DNA of 64,000 nt from Adineta vaga (taxonomy: Eukaryota; Animalia; Rotifera). This document shows positions 1 through 14,079 of the stretch, one piece after another. Position numbers and translations under genes: made by a program. The DNA is taken from positions 13,082,001-13,146,000 of the forward strand of contig CP075496.1 of NCBI GenBank assembly GCA_021613535.1, written 5' to 3'. Positions within the stretch are counted from its first letter, which is position 1, and the number at the start of each line of letters is the position of its first letter. The notes below the pieces were generated by a model, which saw nothing but the letters and a program-made list of their open reading frames with translations, had not been told where the DNA came from and did not search any database.

Positions 1-62
1 AATTTTCTTATTATCTTCTTTCAACAACAATAGAGAAGATATTTATTTTTATTTGTTTGTAG

Positions 63-1245
63 CACATGGAACATTTATAGGACATATACGATTGGAAGAT
101 CATAAACCACAACAAGTACATATTGATAGTGAGATTCATTTTGGTGAATCAAGTCGTATTTATATTATTCGTGAACGTCCACAAATACAGGGAAATAAAC
201 TTCATCATATGTTTGGTAGTAATGCTAATACACTTAATTCTAATAATGATGCAAACGGTGATCACAATGATGAAAATCGTGATGGAAATAGTTCGTTTTC
301 AATGCCAGAATCAGAAGTTGAACTTGATGTAAGATAATTTAATGAAATCTAACACGATATTCAAGAACTTTTCTTGTCTGTTTTTTTAGAATTTAACAGA
401 ATTCAATACTGCACATAATCGACGTATTGCACAAATTGTTCAAATCACTGATTTACCTAATGTACCAACTGTTAAAAGAAAACGACGAAACGTAACATTT
501 AACGAAGAAGATGATGTAATTAATCCAGGTTTGTTCATAGACGAAAAAAGGAAACTAAAGGACGTATTAATAAATTCTTTATTTTTTCTAGAGGATATCG
601 ATCCAAATGTTGGTCGATTTCGTAATCTTATTCAAACAACTGTTATTGTACCGAAGGTTAGTTTAACGTCTTAGAGATAGAATGACTGTAGTAATCAGCA
701 ATTGTAGCGAACTCGAACGATATTTTAGTCTCTATTCAGATGTTCTTTGATATATTCAAAATACTAACAAATCTAGTAATATTTTTGTATTCACTAGAAA
801 CGAAAATTTGATCATCCAACTGTTAGTCATCTTGGTATCGATACTGCTCAAAAGCATGCCCAAGCATTCCACTATTCACAACTTTATGATGCTAGCCATC
901 CCATTCATAGTGACACATCTGCTGATGCACCGAATCCACTACAAACGCAACATTTAAGTGTAGCAGCAAAACTTGGTAAATAAATTATCTAAATATATAT
1001 ATATTTATGTTTTAATTCATTTTAAATATTATCTTCTAGGAATAGCAGTACCAAATCTAGCACCTGATCTTCGCGATTATGATGTAACTGCATCTTCAGT
1101 ACCAATTCTCCCAAAGATAACATCAGCTTCGTTAGAATCATCCGCATCTGACTCGAATAATAGTCTCGGACCAAAGAAAAAGAAATATGCTAAAGAAGCT
1201 TGGCCTGGCAAACGACCATCTGGTTCAGTGTTACTTGTTAAATGA
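63..1245 (+). CDS. PPP1R8: Nuclear inhibitor of protein phosphatase 1 (NIPP1), 5' end outside window; 5 exons visible
   Basis: FHA-domain end HGTFIGHIRLE...IHFGESSRIYIIRE; RVxF-type region KRKRRNVTFNEEDDVINPEDIDPNVGRFRNLIQT; C-terminus KKKKYAKEAWPGKRP, all characteristic of NIPP1; GT-AG introns join the ORF fragments. Confidence 0.93.
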
Positions 1246-1350
1246 TTTTTTTTCTCTTTTTTTTGTACAGTGGACGTGTTTTGTTCTCTTCTCTCTCTCT
1301 CTCTCTAACTGTCTTGTTATAAAAAATCTGAGCTGAAATCTTACTTTCAG

Positions 1351-2931
1351 ATGAATTTCCATCCTTCATACGATGACAAAGATACCATTATTCACCGGTA
1401 AATAAATAAAATTTCACAAACAATCTCTATTTTAAATCTTTAGTCTACAAACACATATAAGTATACTTGAACAACAACAAAATTCAAATGGTTATTTTTC
1501 CTATGAAGAAACTCCGTCATTTAATGAGCAAGTACGAGGAAAATTTAACATTTTTATTCTCTTCTAAATTCAAATTTTGATTTATTCATAGTATTCGATT
1601 GATAATCAACCGAAAGAAGATGTTATTACATTAGAAAAACTTCTTCAGTAAGATTTCAATATTGATTTACTAAACTTTATTATTATCTATAATAGAAAAC
1701 GTGAATATGAATTAGAACAATTACGTGAACAACTTAATCAACATCAACAACAAGCTGAGGAAAAACTTCAACGAACAATTGATCAAGTAAGATTCTATCG
1801 AAAAATCTTGTTGAAGAAAAACAATCATAACTTTTTCTTAGGTTAATCATTTTGAACAAAAACTATCTATTGTTGAAAATGATCGTACGAACCTTCGTCA
1901 ACAATTACAATTATTACAAGATGAAAATGATCTGATTAAATCCTATATGAATCGTTTACCATCGGAAATTGAATATGAAAAACTTCAACAATCACATCGA
2001 ATACTTCAAGATCAATTCGAACAATCGAATCAGACGATCACAGAATATCGTAAAGAAAAAAATCAGTTAAAAAAACAATTTATCATATATCAACGTCAAA
2101 TGGATGAACAGCAACAATATTCAATGAAATCGCAGGAAACCTTATCAGATAAATCAATGTTTAATGCAAAATGTTTAACAATAGATGAAAGAATTGAAAC
2201 ACAGAAGAAATTTGAAGAATTTAATAAAACTATTCAACAACTAAATCAACAATTAAATGAAGAAAAATCAAATCGAAAACATGATCAACGTCTTAATGAA
2301 ACTAACATACATACTGTTGAATCTTTATCAAATGAATTGGCAAAAAAAGAACAAACAATTAAAGAAATCACGAGTCTTTTACGACAGGTAAATCAAAACT
2401 AATTATCATTTGCTAAGACATATTCTAAATTTCCATTTTCGTTTCTTTTGAAGAATCGTCAAGAATTAGCTGATCTTCGAGTACGTTTATTACTTAATGA
2501 ACAAGAGCAAAAACAATTGGATGAACGTTTATTAACCAATGAACAATTATCCAAAGCTTTACATCGTATTCATGAAACAATGGAAAAATTATTTCTTGTC
2601 CTTGATTTCTCATCTGATTTGCTCGCTAATGACTCAACAGTAACTCCTGATGTATTAATGCTTCAATTATCTAATCATAAACCTAAGTCAGGTAAATTTC
2701 TTTTGCTAAATCATTCGAAGAAAAACAAATCGTCATTGAATGATTATTCTTGTTGTAGATCCAATCGATTCGTCCATAGGAAATATGCCAAAGATTGATT
2801 TGTATGATATTGAAAAATTAGAATCCAAATTAGATCATATTATCGATCGTCTTTTATCAATTCGTAGTGAATTAATCGCACGTCAATTTGAAAATGATCT
2901 TCAAAGCAACATTCCATGTCGTTTACAGTGA
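1351..2931 (+). CDS. Coiled-coil protein, CEP85/CEP85L-like, multi-exon
   Basis: Spliced ORF MNFHPSYDDK...; Q/E-rich heptads; YMNRLPSEIEYEK and terminal LSIRSELIARQFENDLQSNIPCRLQ* resemble the CEP85 family from memory. Confidence 0.55.
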
Positions 2932-3045
2932 AATGAATATTTCTTTTTTTTTTCTATTCAGATATTTTCACAATAAATGAATTAAACAATGCAAAGATTT
3001 TTCTTAGATAATTCATCATTTTGTTTTGTTCTTGTAGAATAGATT

Positions 3046-6000
3046 ATGATTGATGATAATAAATATTTAGGTGTCAGTACATTTGTTGCTAGTTGTCATG
3101 GAAATGATCAATGTGGTACAAATGGTTTACCATTGACACCGAATTCAACGGTTATTATTGGACGTTATCAATATTTAAAAACAATGGAACATCCTAATCT
3201 TTGTCGATATGTTGATATTCGAAAAGGCACACATGGTAGGATTTAGAATGTGAGAAAAATTATTTTTGTTTATTCGTTGCTTTTTTTCTCGTTATGTACA
3301 GAACGATTATTGGTGGTTAGTGAATATTATGAAAGAAGTTTTGAATCTTTAATAAATGAAAAAATATTATTGAATGTTGAACAAATTCAACAATGGATTC
3401 ATCAAATACTTTATGGATTAATTTATTTACAAGAAAAACAATTGTATGCAAGAAATTTATCTTTGAAAAATATTCGATTAACACAATCCGTATGTTGAAG
3501 CTTAATATAAGTAAAAATAAACATGTCTCTTCTTTGTTTCTGTTTAGGATCAAATTGTTAAACTACAAAATTATGGTTTATGGCATATGACACAATATGG
3601 TACATGTGTATCTTTTCCTATTGGGTAAATTTATCATTAAGACCATCGTTTTTGATGAAAAAGAGTAAAGATTTTGATCTATTTTAGAGATCCATTCTAT
3701 TTAGCACCGGAATGTTTTGCATTGGATTTGACATTTAAAGCACTCATTGCTGCAAGTAATAGTTCATATGAAAATGAAATTATTGATCCAGCCAATGCTA
3801 AAAGTTGTATTTGGTCACTTGGTATTATTTTACTTGAATTATGTTTAGTAAGATTAGAATTAAATGAAAGATAGAAAATGGAAATATTTGAAACTTTTGT
3901 TTTATTTAGGGTCAAAGATTGTATGGTGCTCAACCAATCGCTGTACCAATGTCAACAAGTGTTCGATGTTTGAAATTAAATGTACGAAGTGCATTGGATA
4001 TACTTTTACGACAGAATGGACTTGATCAAGATGAACGTTTAAAAAGAAATACAATGCAATTTTTTCTACCAATTATTCGAAAATGTTTAAGCGTTCAAGT
4101 TCAAGATAGGTTAGTAATATTTTTCTTTTTTTTTTCAAAAGGAAAACATATTCGATAAATCTAATGTGATAACTGGATCTCTATATACGAATTAAGAATC
4201 GAAAATTTCGTTTAAGATTAATTGAAAGCAATTATTGTATAATCTACAAAAAACGTGTTATCCTATTTTAGATGACTCTATGGTACAGTAGAAAATAAAC
4301 TAATCATATTAATCTAGATAACATTCTTTGATTTTTATGGATGTAGATATAATGCGAAGAATTCATATATTCAAAGCTTAATATAGAAATAATCGGAAGC
4401 TTTATTATTAGATAAGAATGATTCTGCTTCGAAGTTAGAACTTTCGACTAATGTATTTAAAGAGAACAAGTTAAATTGTTATCCAGATATATTATTCTTT
4501 GACTTTTATAGACCGACATTTGTGGAACTATTAAATGAACTTAATGGTAAACCATATATATCACCCATTCAACGTTCTCTTCAATTAACATTATTCAATG
4601 GTGTTACACCTGTTCTTGATCATAATTTAGATTTAGCTGATTTCAAACAACTTGATAGTTCGTAATTCTTTATTTATCTTTCATTAAATCTCTCGTTTGT
4701 TTCCTTTTTCTTAGCTAGTCCATTTCGATGTCGAACAATTGATCAAATATATTATCTATGGAAATTAGCTGGTGGTGATTTAACAACTGTTTCAAAAAAT
4801 GCTGGTCTCATCAAAATCTCTCCATCAATTAGTAAAATATCAAAGTAAAATACAGATTTTGTTTTTCTTCTAAAGTTTCTCAAAACAAATTTCTTTTCTC
4901 ATTAGATTTGTTACTGATCATGGTGATGTTTATGGACTTCAAAGAGATATAAATACTTTATTTGATGATACATCATATAAACTTTCATTAAAAGAACTTG
5001 AAAATCGTTTTAATGAAATGCCTATTGAAATTCTTCATCCATTACTTGAAGGAGGGTAAGATTTTGAAAATTAACATATTGATCGAAGTTAATATTTGAT
5101 TTTTATTCTTAGTGATAACGAATTTGAACAACGTCAAGAAGAATTCGATAAAATGTATGAAAGACAACCATTAGCAGTGCGAGAAAATGATTTTGAATAT
5201 CAAGTAAAAGAGAAAGATAAGAGAGGAAATCTTGAATTATGTTCTATTTATTTAGTTTCATCGTTTGACACTATTTGAACGTCTTCTCGCTTCATATCCA
5301 TATCATAAACAACGATTACATACAGAAGCACGAAAAGATATTCCACCAATCTATCGAGCATTTACTTGGGCAGCATTACTTGAAATTTCTGTAAGTAACA
5401 CATTGTCTTTTTCTTTGAAATAAAAATATTCCATTACTTACGTGTTTTGTTTTTCTTTAGAGTAATGTGAATGATGTTTACAATCGAATCAATAGAGATG
5501 ATATTTCACCAGCAGTTATACGTCAAATTGAAGTTGATATTCCACGTTGTCATCAATATGATGAACTTTTATCTTCACCGGAAGGTCATCGACGAATGAA
5601 AAATGTGTTAAAAGTAAGTTTTCTCATGATAGAAACTCAATGCAGATTCAATTGAAAGTGTTTGTTTTTAAAGGCTTGGATTGCTAGTCATACGAATTTA
5701 GTCTATTGGCAAGGTCTTGATTCATTATGTGCACCATTTGTTTATTTAAATTTTAATAATGAAGCACTTGCATATGCTTCTTTGTCAGCATTTATACCAA
5801 AATATATAAATAATTTCTTTTTAAAAGATAATTCATTGATTATAAATGGTAAGAGTGATCAATTGTATATGAAATAAAAATCGAATTTTATCTGTTATTT
5901 TTTTAGAATATTTAGCTGTTTTTTCACATTTAATCGCATTCCATCATCCAGATTTATCGAATCGATTAGAAACAATCGGATTTATTCCAGACTTGTACGC

Positions 6001-7228
6001 TATTCCATGGTTTTTAACTGTTTTTGCTCGTAAGTAAAACTTGATTGTAGACAAATTCTAAATGAATCTTTAATATTATTGAGTTTATTACCAATATAAG
6101 ATTACACTCTGAACAAAATAGTCAACATATTCAAAATCTATGTAAAGAAAGAAGCAATCGACATATAGTAAATTAGTTGAGTTAATGTTTTAATAGTTAT
6201 GAAGACTAATGGATTTACAAATATTATTCGCATGACAAGAGGTTTATTTCTATTTATATCGAAATATTTGTCGTGTTTTCTATCATTATTGAAAACATTC
6301 TTTCCTGTTTTGATATTCTGAAAATGTCTAAATATCATTCAGCTTTCTAATTATAGATATTATGATTTTTTTTTCGTTGAAATTTAGATGTATTTCCATT
6401 AATCAAAATCTTTCATCTATGGGATATGCTTTTATTAGGTGGTTCATCATTTCCACTTTGTATCGGTGTAGCTATATTAACACAATTAAAACCTTTATTA
6501 TTGAAAGCTGATTTTAATGAATGTATTCTCTTATTTTCTGAATTACCAGGTTTGTTTTCTATCTATTGTTGAGTAAGTCTTATATACAAGAAATTCTTCT
6601 TCTTCTTCTTTTTTAGAAATCGATATTGAACGTTGTGTTCGTGATTCTATTGATATATTTGCATCAACACCACGTTCATGTACTTATCGAGAACATGCAA
6701 GTGATGTACCAAATTATCCAATCAATAATGAACTCGTATGATAAATTAGAATTGAGTTTGATATAACACAAAAAAAAAATAATCGATACTTTTCAGGATA
6801 TGGATCCATTTCCATTAGCTGATCTTAAATTTGAACGTTGTCCACATATATCAGCTAATGATGTGATTGAATTAAATGATTTAAAGGCACCAACAGCAAG
6901 TTTAAAAACTTCTAAACTTCTTCTTATTGACATTCGTTCACCTGATGAATATATTAAATCAGCATTGCCGTCAAGTGTTAATATATCCTATGAAAAAGGT
7001 TTCGATAATCAAAATCGTATAATTGATACTCGTTTACAATCTTTACTTGATCAACATCGTTCATTAGTTAAAGTTGTTATTGGTAATAAAAATCATAAAC
7101 AAACAGTTGATTTTACCAATAATTTAATTATGAATAATTCTTCGCGTGTTTGTTTACTACATAAAGGTATTGATGTATTTAAAACGACTGGATTACTCTA
7201 CGTACCATCACAATCCGATCTTTCCTAG
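3046..7228 (+). CDS. TBCK: TBC domain-containing kinase-like protein (pseudokinase + Rab-GAP TBC + rhodanese-like)
   Basis: N-terminal [35 protein letters not shown]; TBC fingers [12 protein letters not shown] and [12 protein letters not shown]; C-terminal rhodanese-like [12 protein letters not shown]. Confidence 0.95.
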
Positions 7229-7553
7229 AAGTTGATTGACAAAAAGTTGATTATATATTTATTTATTTATTTATTTGTATTGCCTATTTGTTTTTTACAT
7301 CTATTTTTTTAAAAGATTTTCCTCTTTTTTTTGCTCATATATAAATGACTATAGCCGGTGCAATAAGAAGCACATAATTACGAAAATAATCGATGAGACA
7401 TTTGTTTTTTTGTATGATATTTTCTTGTAATTAAGCAGATCTTTCTTTAATAGACGAAAGTTAACTTTGTGTTTAGAATTTAATTGAAATTCTTCTTTAT
7501 CTATTTGTGGACATTGATTTTTAGATATATTTCATAAAAAAAATTAAACTAAA

Positions 7554-8350
7554 ATGCTCAATTCATTTCGACAGGTTTGATTTCTTTGAGATTGACCAAA
7601 CGAAAGATTAATATCATTTGTTTAGATCCTGCCTCGAACAATTCGTCCGACGATGATGTTAGCAAATGGTCGTTTCAGTTCAACTTCAGCTGATAAATCT
7701 CCCGTGAGTTAAACAAGAGCATGCTTTCAAGACACTTAGTCTCGTTTCTTTGCACAGATTTCAGCAAATGTACCAAAAGGTGTATGGAACCTTGGTAAAC
7801 TTAATCATTTAGCTGTTGCTGTTCCTAATTTAGGTATAATCATGAGAATAAAAGAATATTGATGACCTAGATTTGATTTTAGATGAAGCAAGTAGTTTTT
7901 TCAAAAATGTTCTTCAAGCTAAATCAGTTAGTGGAGCTGTCGCATTGAAAGAACATGGCGTTTATACTGTCTTTGTTGATTTGGGTAATACAAAAATTGA
8001 AGTAATACATAGTATATGATTGAATAGATACAAAAGAAAAACATATGTTTTATTTTAAGCTTCTTCATCCACTCGGTGAGAAAAGTCCAATAAAAAAGTT
8101 CTTAGAAAAAAACAAATCCGGTGGTATTCATCATATTTGTATTGAAGTAAATTCGAATCATATTTTGAGTACAAAATTAACTCTAATTTTCATTTAGGTT
8201 GATAATATTGAAAAAGCAATTAAAGATATTCATCAACAAAATATTCGTACATTAGCTGAAAAAACTCAAATCGGTGCACATGGAAAACCGGTTATTTTTC
8301 TTCATCCAAAAGATTGTGGTGGAATATTAATAGAACTTGAACAAGCTTAA
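7554..8350 (+). CDS. MCEE: Methylmalonyl-CoA epimerase, mitochondrial (missed by the ORF track; 6 short exons)
   Basis: Spliced MLNSFRQ|ILPRTIRPTMMLANGRFSS (presequence-like)...WNLGKLNHLAVAVPNL...EHGVYTVFVDLGNTKIE|LLHPLGEKSPI...GGIHHICIE|VDNI...IGAHGKPVIFLHPKDCGGILIELEQA*. Confidence 0.95.
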
Positions 8351-9275
8351 TGATTGTTTCTATTCATTCACCAGTTGCTCAGAACTACTTTCACATTTCG
8401 TTGTTGTTGTTTTTTCTTCTTCTTTTTACATCGAAAACAGAAGCCTATTTTTCTCACTGTAGTCATGTAGTTTTTTTCAGCAATGATTGTTTTGCACTGA
8501 TCTATATTTTTCTTTTGTAGTTTATTATAACCGTTCATTCATTCCAGGATGAAATAAAGGAAAATCTTCGAAAAAAAAAAGTTAACTTGACGTTGACAGA
8601 TTCGTTGAGGGAAAGGAAGAAAATATTGATATGAGATGATAATAAAACTCTGAATAAGATTTTCATATTTACATATGATGATCATCTAATTGATTAGATT
8701 ATCATATTAATAAATAGAACTCAGCATGAAAGGATATCCGTCATCAACAATGATTATTTAAAGAAAAAAAGAATATACGTTGTATTTCGTTCATCTCCGA
8801 TAACAAATAGACATAGATAATCATCTAAATGAACAATTGATGATATAAATAATTTTATCAATAAAAGAGATAAATACGCTCTGATTCCTATTTGAAATAT
8901 CAACCAGATGGAATTCCTTGAAAGAAAAACTAACTCGCACTATGGAATTTTTTGCCTAGAGATAATAGATTGAGTAGATTAACGCAAGACGATAATAGAT
9001 CAAGTCGTGTATCATTTACACATGCGAGCTTAAGTAATATAGAAAAATATGGCAAAAATGATCATTAACATTCCAACTAGAGAAATCAATCTGACAGTAG
9101 AAGAAAAAAAACGGACAAAAACAAAATCAGCTATATTTTCAAAGATCATAATTGAAATACGAAAAAAAGAACATCTGATAAAAAGAAAATACAATCTAAA
9201 TAATTCGTTTTTTCTTTCTTTCTTTCCTTTAATGGATTGTATTGTAAGATATAAATATATTCATATGTATACAAA

Positions 9276-12200
9276 TTAAACAAGAGTACTATGTTGACCA
9301 CTCGTTGGTGATGGTGAATCATCGTTTGAACTTGATCCACATAAATCACGTGCTTCTCGACGTTTAACACTTAGAAAATTAGGAGCACCAGATGATGATG
9401 AGAGTGGAGCTGTTTTTGAACGTGAATATGGTTTTATTTCTCGTAATGTTGTCTCGGATGCAGCTGTCATTGTTGTTGTTGTTGTCGTCATTGTAGTTGT
9501 TGCTGCTGCTGCTGCAGCTGATTGTAGAGTAGGTGGTGATGAAGGTGGCGATTCTTTAATATCTAATGTATTTGGTCGTATAATAGGTGAAGTAATAATA
9601 TCATCAAATGAACTAACATTAATGATTGGTTCAGTTGCATTTCTTAATTGTTGTTGTTGTTCATTGATAACCGATGAAAATGGTTCAATAACACGAAAGA
9701 TAATTTGATCCATACCAGCTTCACGTATATCACGTACACGTGGCAATTTCGAAACTGATTGTTGACTATGATTTGAAAGGCGTTGTTGAGAAGATGACAT
9801 CGGTACTTGTAAGAATTCTGATGAACGTGATGAATGTGTAGATGAACATGGAAAATCTGAATTACGTCGATGATTATATCGACGAAGTATATGTCCACCA
9901 CCTCCACTTCCTTGTTGTTGATTGGATCGATTTGTTTGAGGAATGATTGCTGAAAGAATACTTGTTGTTGCATTTGGTGTTTCGCATAGAACTGGTGTCA
10001 AATCAAGTGACGTCAAAAAACGTTCATTCGTATCATCCAATTGCATCGAAAGTATTCTACAACAAAAAAAAATTTTTGTTTTTTTTCTACTATATTCTTA
10101 TCAAATCTTCTGGTTATCTCTTACCCACAACCCTGTTGTACTTTAAATGATAACGTTCTCATTAAGTGAACACTATCTGATTCATTCAATGCCAAACTGA
10201 TTTGATTATGTAAATCTTTTGGTAACTAAATTAAAATGATCAATGTTGAAATAGTTTTCTTTTTAAAATAACAAAATGAATTACGATAAAAAGTTCTTTA
10301 TACTGTTCAATCATCATTTTTAAAACAGTTTTTCCTTGTTCCATTTGATCAGCACTTGTTGCGACACTCATATCTTTACTTGATATCACCGGTGCTTTAC
10401 CATCCATAAGTATAGTTGGTGCAAAAACAATTGCTAAATTTGCAGCATCCATTTTATTTCCAGAAACAAGAACTTTACCATCATCTGAACAACGATCTTG
10501 TGAATTCAATGAAACATGATGGAGAAATTTCAATAAAGTATATAAAGTATCTCGATTTGACGAAGGTAATAAAGCAATAATATAGGAAAGAGCACGAGAT
10601 TGATCTTTCAGATTTAATCCTTGACAGAAGAAAACAAAAAATAATATAATTTTCAATTTGAAAACTGTTTTTTGGAAATAAAAATACAAACTTGATGGAA
10701 TATTGAGAAGTGGTATACATAGATCGCGTGTCAATAATGGTTCGGGTAATTCACGTAGAAATTCTTTAATTAAACCAGCTATATCATGTGCATTTGTTGA
10801 AACATCGAATGTAACACTACGATTTAAATTAACTTGTTCTTTTAACTGAAATATAAATAAAATAAATTCATATATATATCTGATCTTATGAAAGACGTAC
10901 TTCTTTTAAACGTTTTTTCGATACACCAACTCGAAAGAGACCAAGAGTTTGTAATGCTAATAGAAATGAAACATTTTCTATTAATAGTATATACTTATTT
11001 ATTCTTACCATTTTTTTCTAGATAATCACAGCAATTTTGTATTAATTCAGGTACTTTAGCTGGATAGCATCTTAATGTATTACATCTATTTACACCAGTA
11101 CCTGTTTCATTCTCTACTAATCCTTCAAGAGATAATGATCGAAGTTTCGTATGTTCATAATCAGAATCTAAGATCTAAATAGAGAAATAATAAGAATGAT
11201 ATTCATATATGGAATCATCTTCTTTTCTTACATGTAAACTACTTGGACTTGCAGGAGAAACTGAATAACCACTATCATTTGTCGATGAAACACTTCCAGA
11301 TGGACTTGTACGTCTATCATTCGTAGTTGTAACAATCATATCTATGCTATCTTTTCGATTTGTACCACTTGCTGTTGTTGCAATAGGTGGTGAAGTTGAA
11401 ATTGTTTCATCTTGAAAACGAAAATCATCATCGATGACACATTGAGCAAGAGCAACACCGAAAATATTGCCATTTGATTTAGCTTCTAGTAAAAATTAAA
11501 AAAAAGTGTCATCTTGCTACGAAATTCGATGTAGGAACTTCGATAATGATCGTCACCTTTTGCTTCTTTGGATTTGTCACTTGATTTACTACGAAACATA
11601 AAATGATGTTTACGTTTCCTAACAGGTTCTTCTAAATATATGCAAAATCAAATATTAGTAAAATTTAATTTCTTAATCTTAATCAACAATTGATTGATGT
11701 TTAATTCTTTTCAAATTGCTTTTTTCAGTTGAAAATAACAATCTTTATTATTATTATTATTATTATTTCTTTTCTATTTGTATATTCTCAATACGACTGA
11801 TTGTTATCTATAGAGATTAATTTATCTAATACGAATGATTTAGTAAATGTCATCTAATTTAGTTCTGGCTTGGATCGATTTATTTTCTCTTGCTTTTCTC
11901 ATTTGTATGTAGATGGGAGTAAGAAAAGAACATGTTTGGTAAAACGATACTCTTTTCCGTAGGGTAATACGAACATAAATCAAGGTTGTTTACGTACAAA
12001 GAATTCAATCAAGAAAAACTGGAGTCATTCGGAATTGAAGACTTGTTTTTTCTTTTCTTTACTACTATAATAAATGTATATACAAATGAGATCTATTTAG
12101 AATTATTCGTATGTATGTGTACTTCAGACAACTGTCATCTCTATTTGTAACACTAGTAAGAATAGTTACCTTTTGGTACATGTATTGGTACGCCAAGATC

Positions 12201-14079
12201 ATATTGTGCTGTTTGTAAACGTTGAAGAACGAGACGTTTTAATTGTTTATATTCGACATATGTTAAATTATGCAATTCAATTGGACCAAGAGTAATAGCA
12301 CTTGTACCATCAGCTGAACACCATTGTGATTTATCATTCTAAAGATGTATAGAAAAAATAAAATGGATATCTTATCAAACGAAGAAGTTGATGTAACAAT
12401 CTCATTTTATGATTATATAGATATGTATCGATAGAAAGAGCAGATGTTTATTGATAAATATGAATATTTAGAAAGTAAATAGGAATTATTGAATGTAAAG
12501 TGAGCATATGTTCAATATCCTAGATGAAATCGAACAACATAAATAATCAATCAATAATTCCAGATAAGTAATTCTATCTTGTTTTTTTTGTTATTTAGAT
12601 TTATCTTTTTTTTAGTTATGTGTTTATATTTATTCTTCTGATAAATACGGATCATATTCACTGCTAATGCAAATAGAGATTATTTTATCTCATACTTTTC
12701 TTTTGCTCGTTCTATAACTAAATGTTGTCCTTCTATTATTGTACTAATAAGTTTGGCGTCTACTTGGAAGAAATGTATAGACAAGTAATCGTCATATGCC
12801 TATTGTTAACATTATTATCGGAGCCCTTTTTGTCCCTTGTTTATTTTCCTGTTATTCTTGCAACTAGTCGACTACAATATCTATTTCTCTACAAGTACTG
12901 CTGTGTTTTGGCGTGTCACTATATGTTGCGCAAATAGGATATTCTACTAGCAACAAAAAGATTCTGAATGAAATAACAGCAGTTGGTCGTGTAATTAGCA
13001 ATTTATTCAATGTGTTTATATATATAGATATAAGCACTTACATCGAAATACCACGGAGATTGAGCATCTATAGTGGTTGCAGATCGTTTTTTTAATGATA
13101 GAGATGATGGTGTTTGATCAAGTGTTGATGATGATGCACCCGCCGCGCCAGTTAATGTAGTTAAACTCGAATGGTGTGGCGTTGTTGATGTTGATGATGT
13201 TGTTGAAATGATTGATTTTGTTGATGTTGTTGTTGTTGTTATTGCCGATGTCGATGATGATGGTAGTTTAACTAGAGAAAGAAAATTACGGAATGTTGAT
13301 AATGGTGAAGGAGAAGGTGTTAAAATAGATGAAGAAGATGATCTGGATGAACATAATGACTGAGATGATTGTGATGGTACATTGAGTCGATGATGATGAT
13401 GATGATGATTGTTATTATTATTGTTGTTATTTGTTGATTTATTACGTTTAAGAAAATTACGTATTACTAATCCAGCTGGTGATGTATCAGGTAATGAATG
13501 ACGAAAATTATTTGTTGATGTTGTTTCAAAACATTGGTCGTCTTCATCTTCTTCGGGTTCATTATTCTCTTCTTCTTCTTCTTCATCATCATCATCATCA
13601 TCAGCCTCACCATCACTAATTATTAACGGATTTTGTGTTAGAATCAACGGTGATACTGGTGCTGATACCGTAGTCGAACTCGGTAATGATCCATAGAGTG
13701 ATTGACATCTTTGTCGACATAATTCAATGTAGTCACATTCACTTGGTGCTTCATCAAATGTCGATAATTTGTTAGTAGTTAGAGAGGATTCAGATGGTCG
13801 ATCAATGAAAAGACTTGCTCGACGATGGTTGTCATTGTAGATACGTCCTTCAGGTATAGTTGAACTTTGTAGATCAGAACAAGCCGATCGACGAAAACGA
13901 ACTTGAGTTCTTTGTGGTTGTAGTTGTAATTGTTGCTGTTGCTGTTGCTGCTGCTGCTGCTGGTTGTATGTTTGAGGTATATCTGATGATGTGGGAGTAG
14001 TACGTGCTCCTGCGGTACTGTGTTCAGTAATACAGTCTGGATCGAGTCGAAAACGTGGGAAAGATGGATGACGAGCCAT
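9276..14079 (-). CDS. Rho GTPase-activating protein, ARHGAP6/RhoGAP102A-like
   Basis: RhoGAP motifs GLFRVG, IAGLIKEFLRELPEPLLTRDL, NRDTLYTLLKFL, NKMDAANLAIVFAPTIL; exon near 12170-12339 (HNLTYVEYKQLKRLVLQRLQTAQYDLGVPIHVPK) and C-terminal STLV resemble ARHGAP6. Confidence 0.85.
13386..13960 (-). repeat. Coding trinucleotide tracts (polyQ, polyD/E, polyN, polyH) in RhoGAP exon 1
   Basis: CAG/CAA run at ~13930-13960, GAT/GAA run at ~13567-13603, AAT and CAT runs at ~13386-13430. Confidence 0.85.

Noticed and set aside
3046-4110. TBCK kinase domain lacks HRD/DFG motifs
   Set aside because: A known pseudokinase property of TBCK, not novel
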